Shown in pieces: positions 21,822 to 34,633 of a stretch of DNA of 64,000 nt. The notes below the pieces were generated by a model. It was not told the DNA's origin, did no database searches, and worked only from the letters and a program-made list of their open reading frames with translations. Positions within the stretch are counted from its first letter, which is position 1, and each line of letters begins with the position of its first letter. Location: assembly GCA_031835245.2 (NCBI GenBank), contig JAVKOQ020000068.1, positions 62,001-126,000 on the forward strand. The letters are read 5' to 3'. The position numbers were made by a program, and so were the translations under genes. This stretch comes from Balamuthia mandrillaris. Its lineage: Eukaryota.

Positions 21822-24067
21822 TTACCCAGTTTTTTCCAACAAAACGTTGCGAAGGACGTCCTGCTCGGAGTAAGTGAAGCCGCAAGCACTATGCAAGAAG
21901 GTCCTCACTGAGCCCCATTCGTCGTCGATCCAGTCCAACAGCTCGTGCATGAACTCTTTGGGAGTGCCGTCAAACTTCTCGCAGAGCCCTTTCTCGCGGT
22001 TGTCCTGCACGATCTCCTCCATCACGAAGCTGAGAAAGACTTCGGAGAGGTAATAGTCCTCCACGATGACCTCTCGCTCCACCTCGCAGATGGACAGCAG
22101 GAGAGCTGCCACGAGACCCGTTCTGTCTTTTCCTAAAAATGTGGTGTAAGTTTTATAAAGAAGACAGAAGCGAAGAAGAAAGGAAGAGGAATGAACAATA
22201 AAGAAGATGGTGAAAGTAAGAAAATAGTAAAAGAACGAAGAGGGAGGATACATGAATAGGAAACGTAGGAACCAAGCTTACCAGAGACGCAATGGAACAT
22301 AACGGGATGATTCTGAGGGTTACTGCAAATGCGCAGTGCACGTGCAATGTCCTCCCTGCTATGAATAAGCATGAGCTTCGTGAATCCCACCAAGCCGATC
22401 TTGTTCATAACCTGCTCCACAAAGATTCGTTTGGAGGCTTGGGTCCCCTCCCCAAAGAGGCTTCGCACCATCTTCCAGTAAACGTCGGAGGTGGTGGAGG
22501 ACCACATCAACCCTTTGAGCCTTAGGTTGCGAGTGACGAGGTCGATGGAGTAACGTTGAAAGCGAGGGGCATGAGCGAGTTGTTGTTGAGAGAAAGGAGG
22601 AGCGGAAGTCGCTCGGAATGGAAAGAATTTGGGTCTTTGTTGTCCGCTAGAAGCAGTGGAGGTAATGGAAGAAGAAGAAGCAGGGGAAGACGTTTCATCC
22701 GAAGCGACGAGTTCCTCAATAGAAACATGTTCCTTCTCTTTCCTATGTTCGGACATATCGATCATAGAACGAGCGACAGAAGTTGGCTTGACTCGAACTC
22801 TTTGAGAAGAAGGAAGGAAGGAGGATTGATTGGGCGGAGCCTTTGCGAGCGAGGAAGTGGAGGAAGGAGTGGATGGTGTTGCAGGAATGGACAAGGTGGA
22901 ATAAGACGAAGCGGAGGAACTGGAGGCAAGAGGAGGGATGATAGGGCGCGGGACGGTGGGATAAGCTTGTTCCACAATGTCATTGAGTGAACTGGATCGA
23001 TAAACCGAAGAAGCGAGCAAAAAGAAATGAGAGAGGAGAACGACGAGGAGAAGAGGAGGAAAAAGGACGGAAGAGTTAGACAATGAGAAGAAAGAAACGA
23101 CGAGACAGACAGAGAGAGAAAGAAAGACAAACGTTTTCTCATTCTCGGAGCGAAGGTCAACGATGGTGCGAATGCGAAGCACCTCTCTCCAGAACTGCAC
23201 CAAGACGGCCACATCCTGGCCGTCCACCGCTTTACTTCTCGCCCACGAGGCGCTTCGGAACAATACCCCTTGTCTCAGCCTCACTTCACTATAGTAATCG
23301 TTTTTTCATACAGATATAGAATGAAGAGAAGATGAGATTAGAAACATGTTTAAAAAAAAAGAAGAAAGCATCAATGGAGGAGCGTGAGGCGGTGAAGGAA
23401 GGCGCTTTTACCCAAGTTTGTGAGTGACATGGGAGAGGTCCCGAAAATTGTACAGAATCGGCTTTCCGTCGCGCAACACACGCGCGTTGTCAAACTCCAG
23501 TCGGACTCGCGCCCTTCCGTCCATCAGCACTTCGAACCAAGTTTCCAGCTGCTTCTTCTTCGCCGCTCTCTTTCCTTCGCGTTCTTCCTCTTCTTCTTGT
23601 TCTTCTTCTTCTGCCTCTTTTTCTTTTCCTTTTAATTTTTCGTTTGCTTGCTTTGCTCCTCCTGCTCCTAGTTCTTGTTCTTTTTCCACCCGAGCAGCAA
23701 AAGGGTTGGCGCTGTGGAGCTCTGCTTTAAAGTTATAATAATCCTCCTCCGGGGAGGAATCCGCGATCGCGATCGTCTCATAGTTCTCGTTCGCCTCCGG
23801 GCTGACAGGAATGACGGACCCACCGTGTGGCACCATTCCCGCTCCCTCTTCGGCTTCCTCGTCGTCGTCTTCGAAGGGGTTCCTTCGTTCCGGGAGCTTC
23901 TCTCCCCCAGCAACCGTCGGGGAGGAGGAGGAGGAGGAGGAGGAGGCAAAAGAAGAAGACGAAGAAGGCGCGAGGTCCGCCGTCGTTGTGCCGTTCATCT
24001 TCGTCGTTTTATCGTATTTTTTTTTATGAGGCAAAACCTTAAGCTGTTCTGCAGTCTTTCTGGCCAT
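21822..24067 (-). CDS. Tyrosine/lipid phosphatase of the HCxxGKDRTG (MptpB/LipA-like, Y_phosphatase3) type, multi-exon
   Basis: LYNFRDL; GVLFRSA; IRTIVDLRSENE; P-loop FHCVSG|KDRTG split by an intron; IVEDYYLS; WGSVRTFL. Confidence 0.88.
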
Positions 24068-24206
24068 TTCGAGCAGACCCAAACGATAATCTGGAAAAAA
24101 TTTCCTTTTTCAGCATTGATTATCAATACTCAGCGACGATAATTATCATAATTATTATTTTTTTTTATTGTGGGGAGTTCGGTGTTGCTTCTTGTACGCC
24201 CGTTTC

Positions 24207-25724
24207 TTACTCATGTGATGCTGATACGACTGAGGCCAAGAAACAGGTATCTGGACCCGAAGGACAGCCATTTTCCACCACCCATTGCAGCATCTCCAAA
24301 TCACCACACTTGGCGGCCTCTTCCCTGGTCTGTTTATCCCAAGGACAGCCATTCTCTCTCAACCATTTCAGCACTTCCAGATTCCCACCGTTACTGGCCG
24401 CAGAGGAGCATGTGTTTTCATCCCAAGCACACCCGTTGGTTCTCGCCCACTTGAGCACGTCCAGGTGGCCCATTCCAGCGGCGTTGGAGCAGGTGGCGTT
24501 GTCCCATGGACATCCACTTGCCCTCAGCCATTGCAGCATCTCCAAATTCCCTTGCCGAGCAGCCATGGCACACACGTTTGCGCCACAGGGAAAACCATTA
24601 GTTCTGGCCCATTTCACCACTTCCCAGTGGCCCCTTAGGGCAGCTGTATAGCATGTGCCGTCATTCCAAGGGCAGCCATTTTCCACCACCCATTTCATCA
24701 CCTCCAAGTCTCCACTTTCAGCCACGGAGGTGCAGGTCCGCCAGTCCCAAGGACACCCATAGTCCCTCAACCATTTCAGCAGTTCCCAATCGCGCCGTTT
24801 TGCAGCCTCCCAGCAGGTTCCTGCGTTGAAAGGATAGCCGTTGGCTCTTGCCCACCGCAACATATCCAAATGGCCAAATCGGAGGGCATGAGTGCCGAGT
24901 TCTTCGTCCCAGGGGCATCCGTTGGCCATGGCCCATTGCAGCACTTTCAAACAGCCATGTTCAGCGGCAGAGTAGCTGATGACGTTCCAAGGACTACCAG
25001 TTTCCACCAACCATTGCAAGACCTCCAAGTGTTCACCCGCAACAGCTGCTCTGCATGCGTCTGCATTCCGAGGGCATCCATTGGCACTGGCCCATTGCAA
25101 CACTTCCAAATGACCGTTTTCAGCTGCTGCACTGCAAGTCCGTGCATTCCAAGGGCAGCTGTTCTCTCTCAACCATTGTAGCATCTCCAAGCCCCCACAC
25201 TGAGCAGCCTTTGTGCAAGTGTCAACGCCCCAATGGCAGCCATTCTCTCTCGCCCACTTCAAAACCTCCATGTGCCCGTTCCCAGCGGCATAGCTGCAAG
25301 TCTGCGAGGTCCACGGGCAACCGTTCTCTCTGGCCCATTGCAGCACCTTCAAATGGCCATTCTTGGCTGCAAAGCTGCAAGTCCCGTGATCCCAAGGACA
25401 TCCGTTGGCTCTGGCCCATTGCAACACTTCCAACTGGCCGCTCTTGGCTGCAGCCATGCAAACCCGTGCGTCCCAAGGGCACCCGTTGGCTCTGGCCCAT
25501 TGCAAGGCGGACAAGGAGGAGCAGGCCCATGACAAGGAGAGCTTCCGTCGGAGGGAAGGAGGGCTGATGGAGGCAAACCACCGTCGGCAGGTCCTTGCCG
25601 CCACCGTCGCGTTGTCTTTGGGCAAGAGTTCCAACGTAAAGCATAACAACTCTTGCGGCAAGAGCTCTTCCACGCAGCAGCGCCCTTGTCCTTCCTCGCT
25701 GTCGTGTTCCACAACCAAAGCCAT
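24207..25724 (-). CDS. Intronless F-box-like plus ankyrin-like (GCPW) repeat protein
   Basis: ~505-aa ORF; LLPQELLCFTLELL...AARTCRRW F-box-like start; about a dozen AAxxGHLEVLQWAxxNGCPWD repeats. Confidence 0.9.
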   Translation of the reverse strand: MALVVEHDSEEGQGRCCVEELLPQELLCFTLELLPKDNATVAARTCRRWFASISPPSLRRKLSLSWACSSLSALQWARANGCPWDARVCMAAAKSGQLEVLQWARANGCPWDHGTCSFAAKNGHLKVLQWARENGCPWTSQTCSYAAGNGHMEVLKWARENGCHWGVDTCTKAAQCGGLEMLQWLRENSCPWNARTCSAAAENGHLEVLQWASANGCPRNADACRAAVAGEHLEVLQWLVETGSPWNVISYSAAEHGCLKVLQWAMANGCPWDEELGTHALRFGHLDMLRWARANGYPFNAGTCWEAAKRRDWELLKWLRDYGCPWDWRTCTSVAESGDLEVMKWVVENGCPWNDGTCYTAALRGHWEVVKWARTNGFPCGANVCAMAARQGNLEMLQWLRASGCPWDNATCSNAAGMGHLDVLKWARTNGCAWDENTCSSAASNGGNLEVLKWLRENGCPWDKQTREEAAKCGDLEMLQWVVENGCPSGPDTCFLASVVSASHE

Positions 25725-25953
25725 CACTCAACGTGGTCTTGCCAAGTTTTGTTTTGTGTTCGTGTTGGTTGAGATGAGAAGGGAAGAAGAATGTATCCGC
25801 GGTGTCGTTGGGTGAGTTCGCCTGTTGTCGTGAGCTCGTTTCTTTCTTTCTCTCTTTCGTCGTTTCTTCGACGAAAGACTTTTTTTTAGGTGAATGCTAT
25901 AACGTTACGTGGGCACATAAGACAAAGAAAGAGAGAAGAGAGAGAAGAAAACA

Positions 25954-27824
25954 ATGCAACAACCCACCGATGCCAAGGAAGAGGAGGGAAAGAGAGCGCA
26001 TCCTGCCGAGTTGTTGAAGTGGGACCTCCCCATTCAGACGCGAGGAGGGAAGCTGTTTTGGATAGCTGTTCGAAGAAATCCTTTTTTCGGTATTTTTTAT
26101 TCATTTTTTTATTTTTTTGGCTGTCGATGACTGAGATAGATGATGTGATGTTGTTGTTTCTTCAAAAGAACTGCAAAGACACAAATCGGCCACTGAACAA
26201 ACGAAACCGGTAAAGTCGGCCTTTTCAGGGCTTCGCGGAGTATGGTCGAAGTCGTACGTTTTTGCCTTTGCCATTTTTCTTGCTTTGCGTATAGCCTCAT
26301 CCCACTTCGTTTATTGTTCTTCTTCCTCTTCTTCTTCGATCCTCCTTCTGTTCGTGCAGAAAGTTGCCCTATCGCATTATTATCTTGCAAAAGCCGTACA
26401 TGCAAGTAGCCTCTTCTATGGAGCTTGAAACGGTTGCTTTTTTTCGTCTTCTCTATCTGCTCCTCTCTTCGCTACTCACCTTCTAGTTTCTTGTATTTTC
26501 GTTTCTCTCTTCCTCTTCTTGCTCTTATTGTTCTTCTTCGTTCTTCTTTTCTTGTTCTTGTTCTTGTTCTTGTTCTTGTTCTTGTTCTTGTTCTTCTTCT
26601 TCTTCTTCTTCTTCTTCTTCTTCTTCTTCTTCTTCTTCTTCTTCTTCTTCTTCTTCTTCTTCTTCTTCTTCTTCTTCTTCTTCTTGTTCTTCTTCTTGTT
26701 CTTGTTCTTGTTCTTGTTCTTGTTCTTGTTCTTGTTCTTGTTCTTTCTTCTTCTTCTTCTTCCTTCCTTGTTCTTCTTCTTGTTCTTCTTCTTGTTCTTC
26801 TCCTTGTTCTTCTTCTTCTTGTTCTTCTTCTTGTTCTTTGTTCTTTCTTCTTTCTTCTTCTTCTTGTTCTTCTTCTTCTTGTTCTTCTTCTTCTTCTTCT
26901 TCTTCTTCTTCTTCTTCTTCTTCTTCTTCTTCTTCTTGTTCTTGTTCTTGTTCTTGTTCTTCTTGTTCTTCTTCTTCTTCTTCTTGTTCTTCTTCTTCTT
27001 CTTCTTCTTCTTCTTGTTCTTCTTCTTCTTGTTCTCTTCTTCTTGTTTTGTTCTTGTTCTTCTTGTTCTTCTTCTTCTTCTTCTTCTTCTTCTTCTTCTT
27101 CTTCTTCTTCTTCTTCTTCTTCTTGTTCTTCTTCTTCTTCTTCTTCTTCTTCTTCTTCTTCTTCTCTTTCTTTCTCTTCTTCTTCTTCTTGTTCTTCTTC
27201 TTCTTCTTCTTCTTCTTCTTGTTCTTCTTCTTCTTCTTGTTCTTCTTGTTCTTCTTCTTCTTCTTCTTCTTCTTCTTCTTCTTCTTCTCATTCTCGTTTC
27301 TGTAACAGCTTTTGGAAAACTGGCTTTGGATAGAAGAGAATTTGCTGTACAGCGATCCTCCCTTCACCACAACGATGAAACCAGAGGAGGTTCACCCTTT
27401 TCTCATCTACCTCTTCAACCTGTTGGCCAACCAACAATTCCACAAAGTAAAAGAGTTACTTGCTGCTCAAAAACAAACAACAAACTCAAAACAAGAAGAG
27501 CTTCAACAACGAAGAGAAAGCAGGAAAGAAGGAAGCAATGAAGACGGAGAAGAAGAGAATGATTACCAAGAATTAAAAGAAGAGGAAGAAGAAGAAGAGA
27601 AACATAAAGAAGAAACAAGTAACACCAAGAAAAAGGATGCTGATGACGATGAAGAGGACGAAAAAGATTTGTGCAAGATTTGTTACGATGGAGAGATTGA
27701 AACGGTCATATTGGAGTGCGGACATGCGGTGCTTTGCCATAACTGCGCCACCACGCTCAACCTCTTTCAATGCCCCATTTGCAGGACGCCTATTTCTTCT
27801 ATTCGACGAATGTACAGAAGTTGA
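25954..27824 (+). CDS. C-terminal C3HC4 RING (IAP/MDM2/MGRN1-like) E3 ligase, multi-exon; 5' exons tentative
   Basis: Last exon CKICYDGEIETVILECGHAVLCHNCA...CPICRTPISSIRRMYRS; probable first exon MQQPTDAKEEEG from ATG 25954. Confidence 0.75.
26519..27290. repeat. ~770-bp (CTT/GTT)n compound microsatellite in RING gene intron
   Basis: Continuous ttcttc/ttgttc tract, almost no A on the + strand. Confidence 0.97.
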
Positions 27825-27847
27825 ACTTTTTCTTTTTGTTGTTGAAA

Positions 27848-28120
27848 CGAGAAAGAGAAAGAGAAAGAGAAAGAGAAAGAGAAAGAGAAAGAGAAAGAGA
27901 AAGAGAAAGAGAAAGAGAAAGAGAAAAAAAAAAAAAAGAAAAAAGAAAAAAGAGAAGAACGAAGAAAAGAACGAAAGAAAAGAAAGAGAAAAGAAAGAAA
28001 GAAAGAGAAAGAGAAAGAGAAAGAGAAAGAGAAAGAGAAAAGAAAGAACGAAAGAGAAACGAAGAAAGAGAAATGAAGAAAGAGAACGAAGAGAAAGAGA
28101 GACAGAAGAAAAGAAAGAAA
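27848..28120. repeat. (AAAGAG)n and degenerate purine tract between convergent 3' ends
   Basis: Directly visible hexamer array. Confidence 0.95.
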
Positions 28121-28184
28121 CCTAACCTATGCCAAGGCAAAATATTTATACATCTTACAAAATAAAGGGTTCGGTGTTTGTTGC

Positions 28185-29664
28185 TTATGCATGGGACTGA
28201 ACAAAGGCAGAGGCCTTTGCGAGCCAATCCAAACTTTCCGGTTTGATGTTGAGTTGCTTGTGCTGACGAAGGAGCCACTTTTTGGCTTTCTTGACAACCA
28301 GGTCCCAGTTTGTCTTCTGGTCAGCAAACTTGGAGGTCAAATACTCCACCACAATCGCTGTTGCCCACAAGTCCAACACAGCATCATCCGCTTTGTTTTC
28401 GAGTTCTAATATGAGAGAGAGAGAGAGAGAGATTAGGAAGATGCAAAACAAGAATGATAAAGAAAAGAGGTGGTACCAGAAGGAACTCCTTTCTTGATGT
28501 GATCCGACTTGATGCGGCCCAGCAACGAGGCAACGTCCTTCAAAGCCCAACAGCCGCTTGCCTTTTGCTTCATGATGATCTGCTTCATCTCGGCAGGTGG
28601 AGGTCCGGCCACCTTTTCTTCCTCTTCTTCCTCTTCGCTTGCTGCCTCACTCTCGTCATCCAGACAAACAAGAGCCTCAGCTTCTTCATTCCTCCTGCTC
28701 ATTCTCTTAGGAGATGATGAGCGTCGCTGTCTCTCGTCGCATTCTCGATCCATTTTCTTGAAGGAAGAGCTCGCGACGGGAGAGAGCAGAGGAGGAGCTG
28801 ATTGAAGCTGGGAAAGTGGAGAAGATGACTCAAATGCACAGCAGTCGCCGTCAAAGGCACTAACAGGGGCAGGAGGAGGAGCAGCAGGAGGAGCGCCGCC
28901 ATAAGCAGCAGCAGGAGGAGGGGGAGGCATAGCAGTGACTGAAGATGAGGATGATTTCGAACGAGCGAAAAAGTTGAGGCTTGCACCGCCTTTCCTAGGA
29001 CTTGCACTCTCCTTCTTTTTCTTTTCCACTTTACGTTTGCTTTTCGATTTAGCTGCTCCGGTCGATGAGAGGGACTGACAAACGGGTTGGGGCATGGCTG
29101 CACATTTTAGCATACCACCTCTTCCGCCACCGCCACGTGCCATTCCTGTTTATATTTGTAAGTATGAGTGTTTTGAAATATAAAAGGCAGAGGAAGTGAA
29201 AATAATGGTACCGAAGCGTTGTGCGGGACGAACAAGCTGTTGTTGCCGTTGCTGTGTTGTGTTGCTGCTGTTGAATGACATTGCAACGACGGACCTGCAT
29301 GGAGCCCTCGGTGGCCTCCTCCCTCTCCTCCTCGGCCACAAACGCGGTGAACTTGCTGAGCACGCCATAAGTGGTGCTGAGGCGAATGGTCTCCTCCTTG
29401 ACGTCCTGTTGCGACTTGCCAGAGATAAAACCTCCGTTGGGTCGGTGGAGGTAGCTGCGACCTTCCTCAAAGTCGCGAATGAGAGAACGGGTGGCCAACT
29501 TGTGGAGCAGCTGACCGTCTTCGGGTTCTTCAAGATTCAACTTGACTGTCGCGGAGAAAGGTTTGATGGCAGTTTGTGCGTTGATAGTAACATCGCTTGC
29601 TTTTGATCCCTTTTTAATTTATGTGAGTTACGCCATCATAATCTTGAGGAGGGAGAGAGGGAGA

Positions 29665-29702
<38 letters not shown>

Positions 29703-32154
29703 AACTTCAGGAAGCAAAGAGTAGATGACAAGGCGACCGCCAGCAAACAACGGAGGAAGACGATAAGGTGTTTGATGGGCTTCCAAACCTCCCCAATCAA
29801 TTGTCAACTATAATAGAGAGAGGCGTTAGAATAATACAAAAGAGAAGCGCAAAAATAAAAAAAAGAACTAACGTTAGAGAGAGCTGGCTGCATGGCTCTG
29901 CTGAGTTGTCTCATGACCTTAGTTTCCATGTTGTCATTACCAGTGATGAACTCGTAAAAGCCTTCGCCAGCTTTGGCCATACCCTTCACGAGCTCCTGAC
30001 TGGCTTCGTTACCGATACCAAAAGTGAACACTCGGGTGGTGTCGGCGTGCTTTCGCACAAACTCAATGCATTCACTGGTGTTGCTGACCTCTCCATCCTT
30101 TTTAAGATTGATGAAACATGTTAAAAGGTTTAAAAAACAGAGAGAAGAAGAGGGGAAGAGGAATTAGTACTGTAAGAATGAAAAGCTGACGAGGATAGCC
30201 ATCAATTGTTTTGCTCTTCAGTACCAATTCGAGGGGCTGAAGAATATTTGTTCCCTATAATAAGAAAGAAAGATGGTTAAAAAAATAACATAAAAAAAGA
30301 AGCAAAGCATTGAAAAAGACACAAGTTTAGAAAAGGCAAAGAGCATATAGCACTTACTCCAAGGTTTGCTTTCAGATTAGTGACATGCTTGGTGGCCAGG
30401 TCCAAGTTGGTGTCATTGTACTCCTTGCTGCCATCCTTGAACAACATCTCCGTGCGGGTGCCAAAGCCAACGATGTTGAACATTGTGCCCTCTCCCAAGG
30501 AACGAAGGAAGATCTGCATGGTGTCTTTGACTTTGTCGATGCGACTGCCGCTCATGCTGCCAGAGCGGTCCACGATGAAGATCATTTCGGTGTAGATCTC
30601 CTCGTCGTCTTCGAGATCCAGTTTAGGATAGAGAGAGACCATTGCTGCAAGGTTGCCGTTCTCGTCTCTTTGTACTCTTCCGCATGGTCTATTATTTAAA
30701 AGAGAAAACAGAATAAGGAATATGTTGAGACAGAGGGAGAGGGAGAGGGAGGGAGGGAGGGAGAGAGAGAGAGCAAAGCGAGCAGAGAGAGAACAGAGAG
30801 AAGTAGAGAATGAAGAAGAAACGCAACTGATGAGGCTGAGCAAGTTTAGTGGTAAGAATGAAGTCTTTTTCTTGGGATTTGTAGTCCTCAGCAAGAGTTA
30901 CAGTAGCATGGGCAGGGGTATCTCCAAACTCAAATGAAATTGGATGACTAAAGGAGGAAAATAAAACAGAAAGGCGATTAAGAATAAAGCAGAAACCAAA
31001 GTAAAAGAAGAGAGGAATAGGTACCTGGATGAAGCAATGCTTCGAATGTTGCTGGTCATCGCCAAGTTTATCTTGATGTCCAAAGAAGGGGGATCGCTAG
31101 CCTTGGTGTTTGAACTCTTTCTGCGATAGGAAGACTGTGGCTCATCTTGTTGTTTGCTAGTAGGAAGTACGAATTGCAGCTGTTGAAAAAAAAAACATTA
31201 GTTAGAGACAAAGGAAGAAAGAGGCAACACGCGAGAAGAAACGAACTTGGCCATCGACGAATTCCAGTTCAGTAACATAAGTGATGCCTACTTCCACGGA
31301 CTTGCCGGGAGGCAAGTTGCCAACGTTAACGGTGAACAGGTCGGGAGCTTCTTGCTCCAACATGTAAGCACCATGGCCGCTGGCGATCGCATCGTCATAT
31401 GTGTCTTTCGCTTCCTCCTATTGTGTTTCCTATATTAGAAAGAAGAGAGAGAGAGAAGAGAGAAGAGAGAAGAGAGAAGAGAGAAGAACAGCGAGAAAGC
31501 AAACCTTTTCTTTGCACTGGCCAATGACTTTTTTGCCGTCAATCTCAGCATAAAAGTCACAAATGCAGTTCTTCTCTGCCAATGGAAATTGGTATCTATT
31601 TATATATTGTTTGAAAATAAATGTTATACATTGAAGTACATTTCAAACCAAGTAACACAACAAACCAACACCAAAAACTAAAAACGAAAACAAAATAAAT
31701 ATAACAATACACAAGAAAGTATTACTCAACAAAAAAATAATAGTAAAATAACGTTTTAAAAAAATAAAAAATAAAAAATAAACACAAAACAAACGGCTGA
31801 CAAGCGGTTCAAAAAATACAGCAAAAAGAAAAGCAAACAACCAAACTTTAAAAAAAAATAAATAAAGGTGAAACGTACACAGCTTCAATCGGATTTTCCT
31901 CGTCGTTCTCAAAGCGTTGCTTGATAGTGACGCTGGCCACAAAGTCCACGACCTTCACGTCCACGGCCACACCCTTCAGAGGCAACGGGCCAGAGGGCTC
32001 TTGCTGCTGTGGCGGTTGTGGCACCGGCAGCGGCGCCACCGGGTAAGGTCGGGGCCTTCGTACGCATCGTCCTTTTTTTAAAAAAATTAAAATTTAAAAA
32101 GCAAAAGTCAGAAAGAGGAAGCGCGTCTCCCTCGACCTCAACCTTTTTTGTTCT

Positions 32155-32196
<42 letters not shown>

Positions 32197-32224
32197 CAAA
32201 AGCCATACCGTAAGGTCTGCACAT
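28185..32224 (-). CDS. VIT + vWA domain protein (VWA5A-like), multi-exon
   Basis: Exon 1 MCRPY(G) spliced to LPLKGVAVDVKVVDFVASVTIKQRFEN (VIT); FIVDRSGSMSG MIDAS; FNIVGFG; RVFTFGIG; LSKFTAFVA; C-terminal LWATAIVV...WDLVVKKAKKWL. Confidence 0.92.
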
Positions 32225-32583
32225 GGTTTTTCAAGTTTTCTAGTTGGTGTGGTGTGTTGAGTGTGTTGTGTAGAGAAGAATGAAACGGTATAATTTTTTA
32301 TTTGGTCGTTTTTTTTTTAGTTTGGTTTGGGTTCGGTGAACCCTTGTGCTTTTGTTTTGGGGGCCGTCGGTTCGAATCCCACCGTCCCATGGGTTCCCTG
32401 AATGTTATGTGCACTCGGACGTCCGTTCGAATCCCACTCTCGTTTAAAAATTTTGAGGATGGCAAAATGATGTCAGTTTGAATTGAATAAGGAAGGTATG
32501 AGGTCACCAGCTCAGTTAAAAGGTAATGCTGACGTATATATTCGTCGACAAAAACAGGCAAAACGAAGAAAAGAAAGAACACA

Positions 32584-34560
32584 ATGAGCGGGGCAAGACC
32601 AGGCAGCAGGCGACGGTCTTCTTCTTCTTCTTCTTTGCTCAACGATGCCGCCAAACTTCCAACACGAAACCGCAAGCTGAACCAAAGCAACGCGTCTGCT
32701 GACTCCGTGGGAACGGCCTCCTGCCCCGTTTGCTTCAAGCGAGTCGTCCAGAGGAAGAGCACCCTGGCCGACCATCTTCAAACGGTTCACCCTGGCTACC
32801 TACCTCCACCTTCACTACCAGCTGAGACCTCTTCTGCTGCTGCTTCTTCTCAGCCACAACAACCACCAAAGAAAGAAGGGGGAGAGAAAGTGTTGGTGGA
32901 AGCCACTCCACCAAAACGAGGAAGACATGTTGCTGTTGCTTCAGACATAGAGAAAGCTAGAAACGCTGCTGCTGCTGATGCAAAAAGCAGTGGGAGTGTC
33001 AACAACAACCTTTATCTTCCTCAACGCTTCCAACCGCAGGCGACACCAACATCAGCCAGCAATAACACCTCCACCAACCTCCACAACACAAGGAAGACAC
33101 CAACGTCATCTCTGATGAACCCTCCTTCTTGTCTATCTAGTGCCGATCGGCGTTATGCTTCCTCTTTTTATTCTTCTCTCCCTGCTCCACCTTCGTCTTC
33201 TGTTTCTGCTTTCCCGTTCCCTTCTGCTGCTTCCTCTACGTTTTCTTCTTCTTCCTATGCTCCTTCTTTCTCTTTTGCTTCTTCCTCCTTTCCTTCGTCT
33301 ACTTCTTTTCCTGCTTCTTCTCATTTTGCTTCTGATTTTTCTGGTCCTACTTTTTATCCTTCTTCTACTACTGCTGCTGCTGCTTTTTCTTCTTTCGCTA
33401 CTTCTTCCTCCTCTTCTCGCAAAGGTAAAACTAACCTCGTGATTGATCTCAATGCGGAGGAAGATGAAGCAACAACGACTACGACGACAAAGAAACAACA
33501 CAAGCAAAGCAGAAGAGAACAAGGGGACGAAGAGCAAGAAGGCATAGCAGTAGTTGAACTCTCAAAAGCAGAAATGGAGGACCGACAGCAAAACAAAAAG
33601 AGAAGAAATATGAACGACTCGTCAACAAAAGGCACAACTGCAGGTTTGACACGAATCGGAAAAGGAACCAAAAGAAAGAGTCCTGACGGTGGCTCTTCAT
33701 CTTCATCACCTGCCTCTTTGTCGAAGAAGGAAAGAAAGAAACAAAGAGCGGAAGAGCGAAAGCAGAGAGAAGAAGCACGAAAACAACGGAAGGCAGAGCG
33801 ACTGAAACGAAGAATGAAAGTCGGCATCAAAGCAGCACAAAGCTCAACGAAAACAAGCACAACAGCACATACCACCAGCCACAACACTGAAAGGAAAAAA
33901 ATTAGTGAAAAGTATAAAGAAGAAGCAGAAGAAGAAGGAGACGAAAACGTGCCTAGCTGTCCGGTTTGTAACGAGGACTTGAAGGGAATGAACTTGTATC
34001 AGGTGAACTCACACGTGGATGAGTGCTTGACCAAGTCTCTTCTTGCCTCGGAGAGGGAGCTAAGACAATCTTCCTCTTCTGTTTCTCTCGGAGTTTTTAC
34101 TCGCAGTGACAGTACTTCTGCTCCTATTATTGGCTTTGTCCCGGTATTCTTTTTTCGTTTCTGTTTTGTATTTTCTGCTTCTAATCTTTTATTAACTTCA
34201 CAAAAGAATGTTGCTACATCGACAGCGACAACTACCCGAACAATAGCACCAGAAAAAGTTAAGTCAGAAGAAGAAGAAGCAGAAGAAGAAGAAGAAGAAG
34301 AAGAAGAAGAACAAGAAGAGGAAGAAGAGGAGGAAGAAGAACAAGAAGAGAAATATGGAATGGATTATACAGGCGGTAATGCTAATGGAATTGGGATGGC
34401 AGGCTCATCTTCTACTTCAACGACAGCATCAACGACAAAGTTGCCAGAACAAGGACAAGATGAAGTTATAACCATTTTACCGAAAGACGTTGACGGCCGA
34501 GAATGTACTATTTGCTTTGAGGACTTACTTGCGGGTTTGTTTATTTCGTCTTCAACTCTG

Positions 34561-34591
<31 letters not shown>

Positions 34592-34596
34592 CTCAG

Positions 34597-34633
<37 letters not shown>

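Noticed and set aside
26425..27541. Long poly-L/F/K/R/E ORFs on both strands
   Set aside because: Translations of an intronic microsatellite, stop-free by composition; the same applies at 2549-3013, 27637-28278 and 39691-40103.
32065..32067. ATG 32067 as VIT-vWA start implying a frameshift
   Set aside because: Resolved by an upstream exon (ATG 32224, MCRPY-G) that splices in frame at 32071.
32329..32440. Intact tRNA gene
   Set aside because: T-arm-like motifs only; no D arm, anticodon arm or acceptor pairing.
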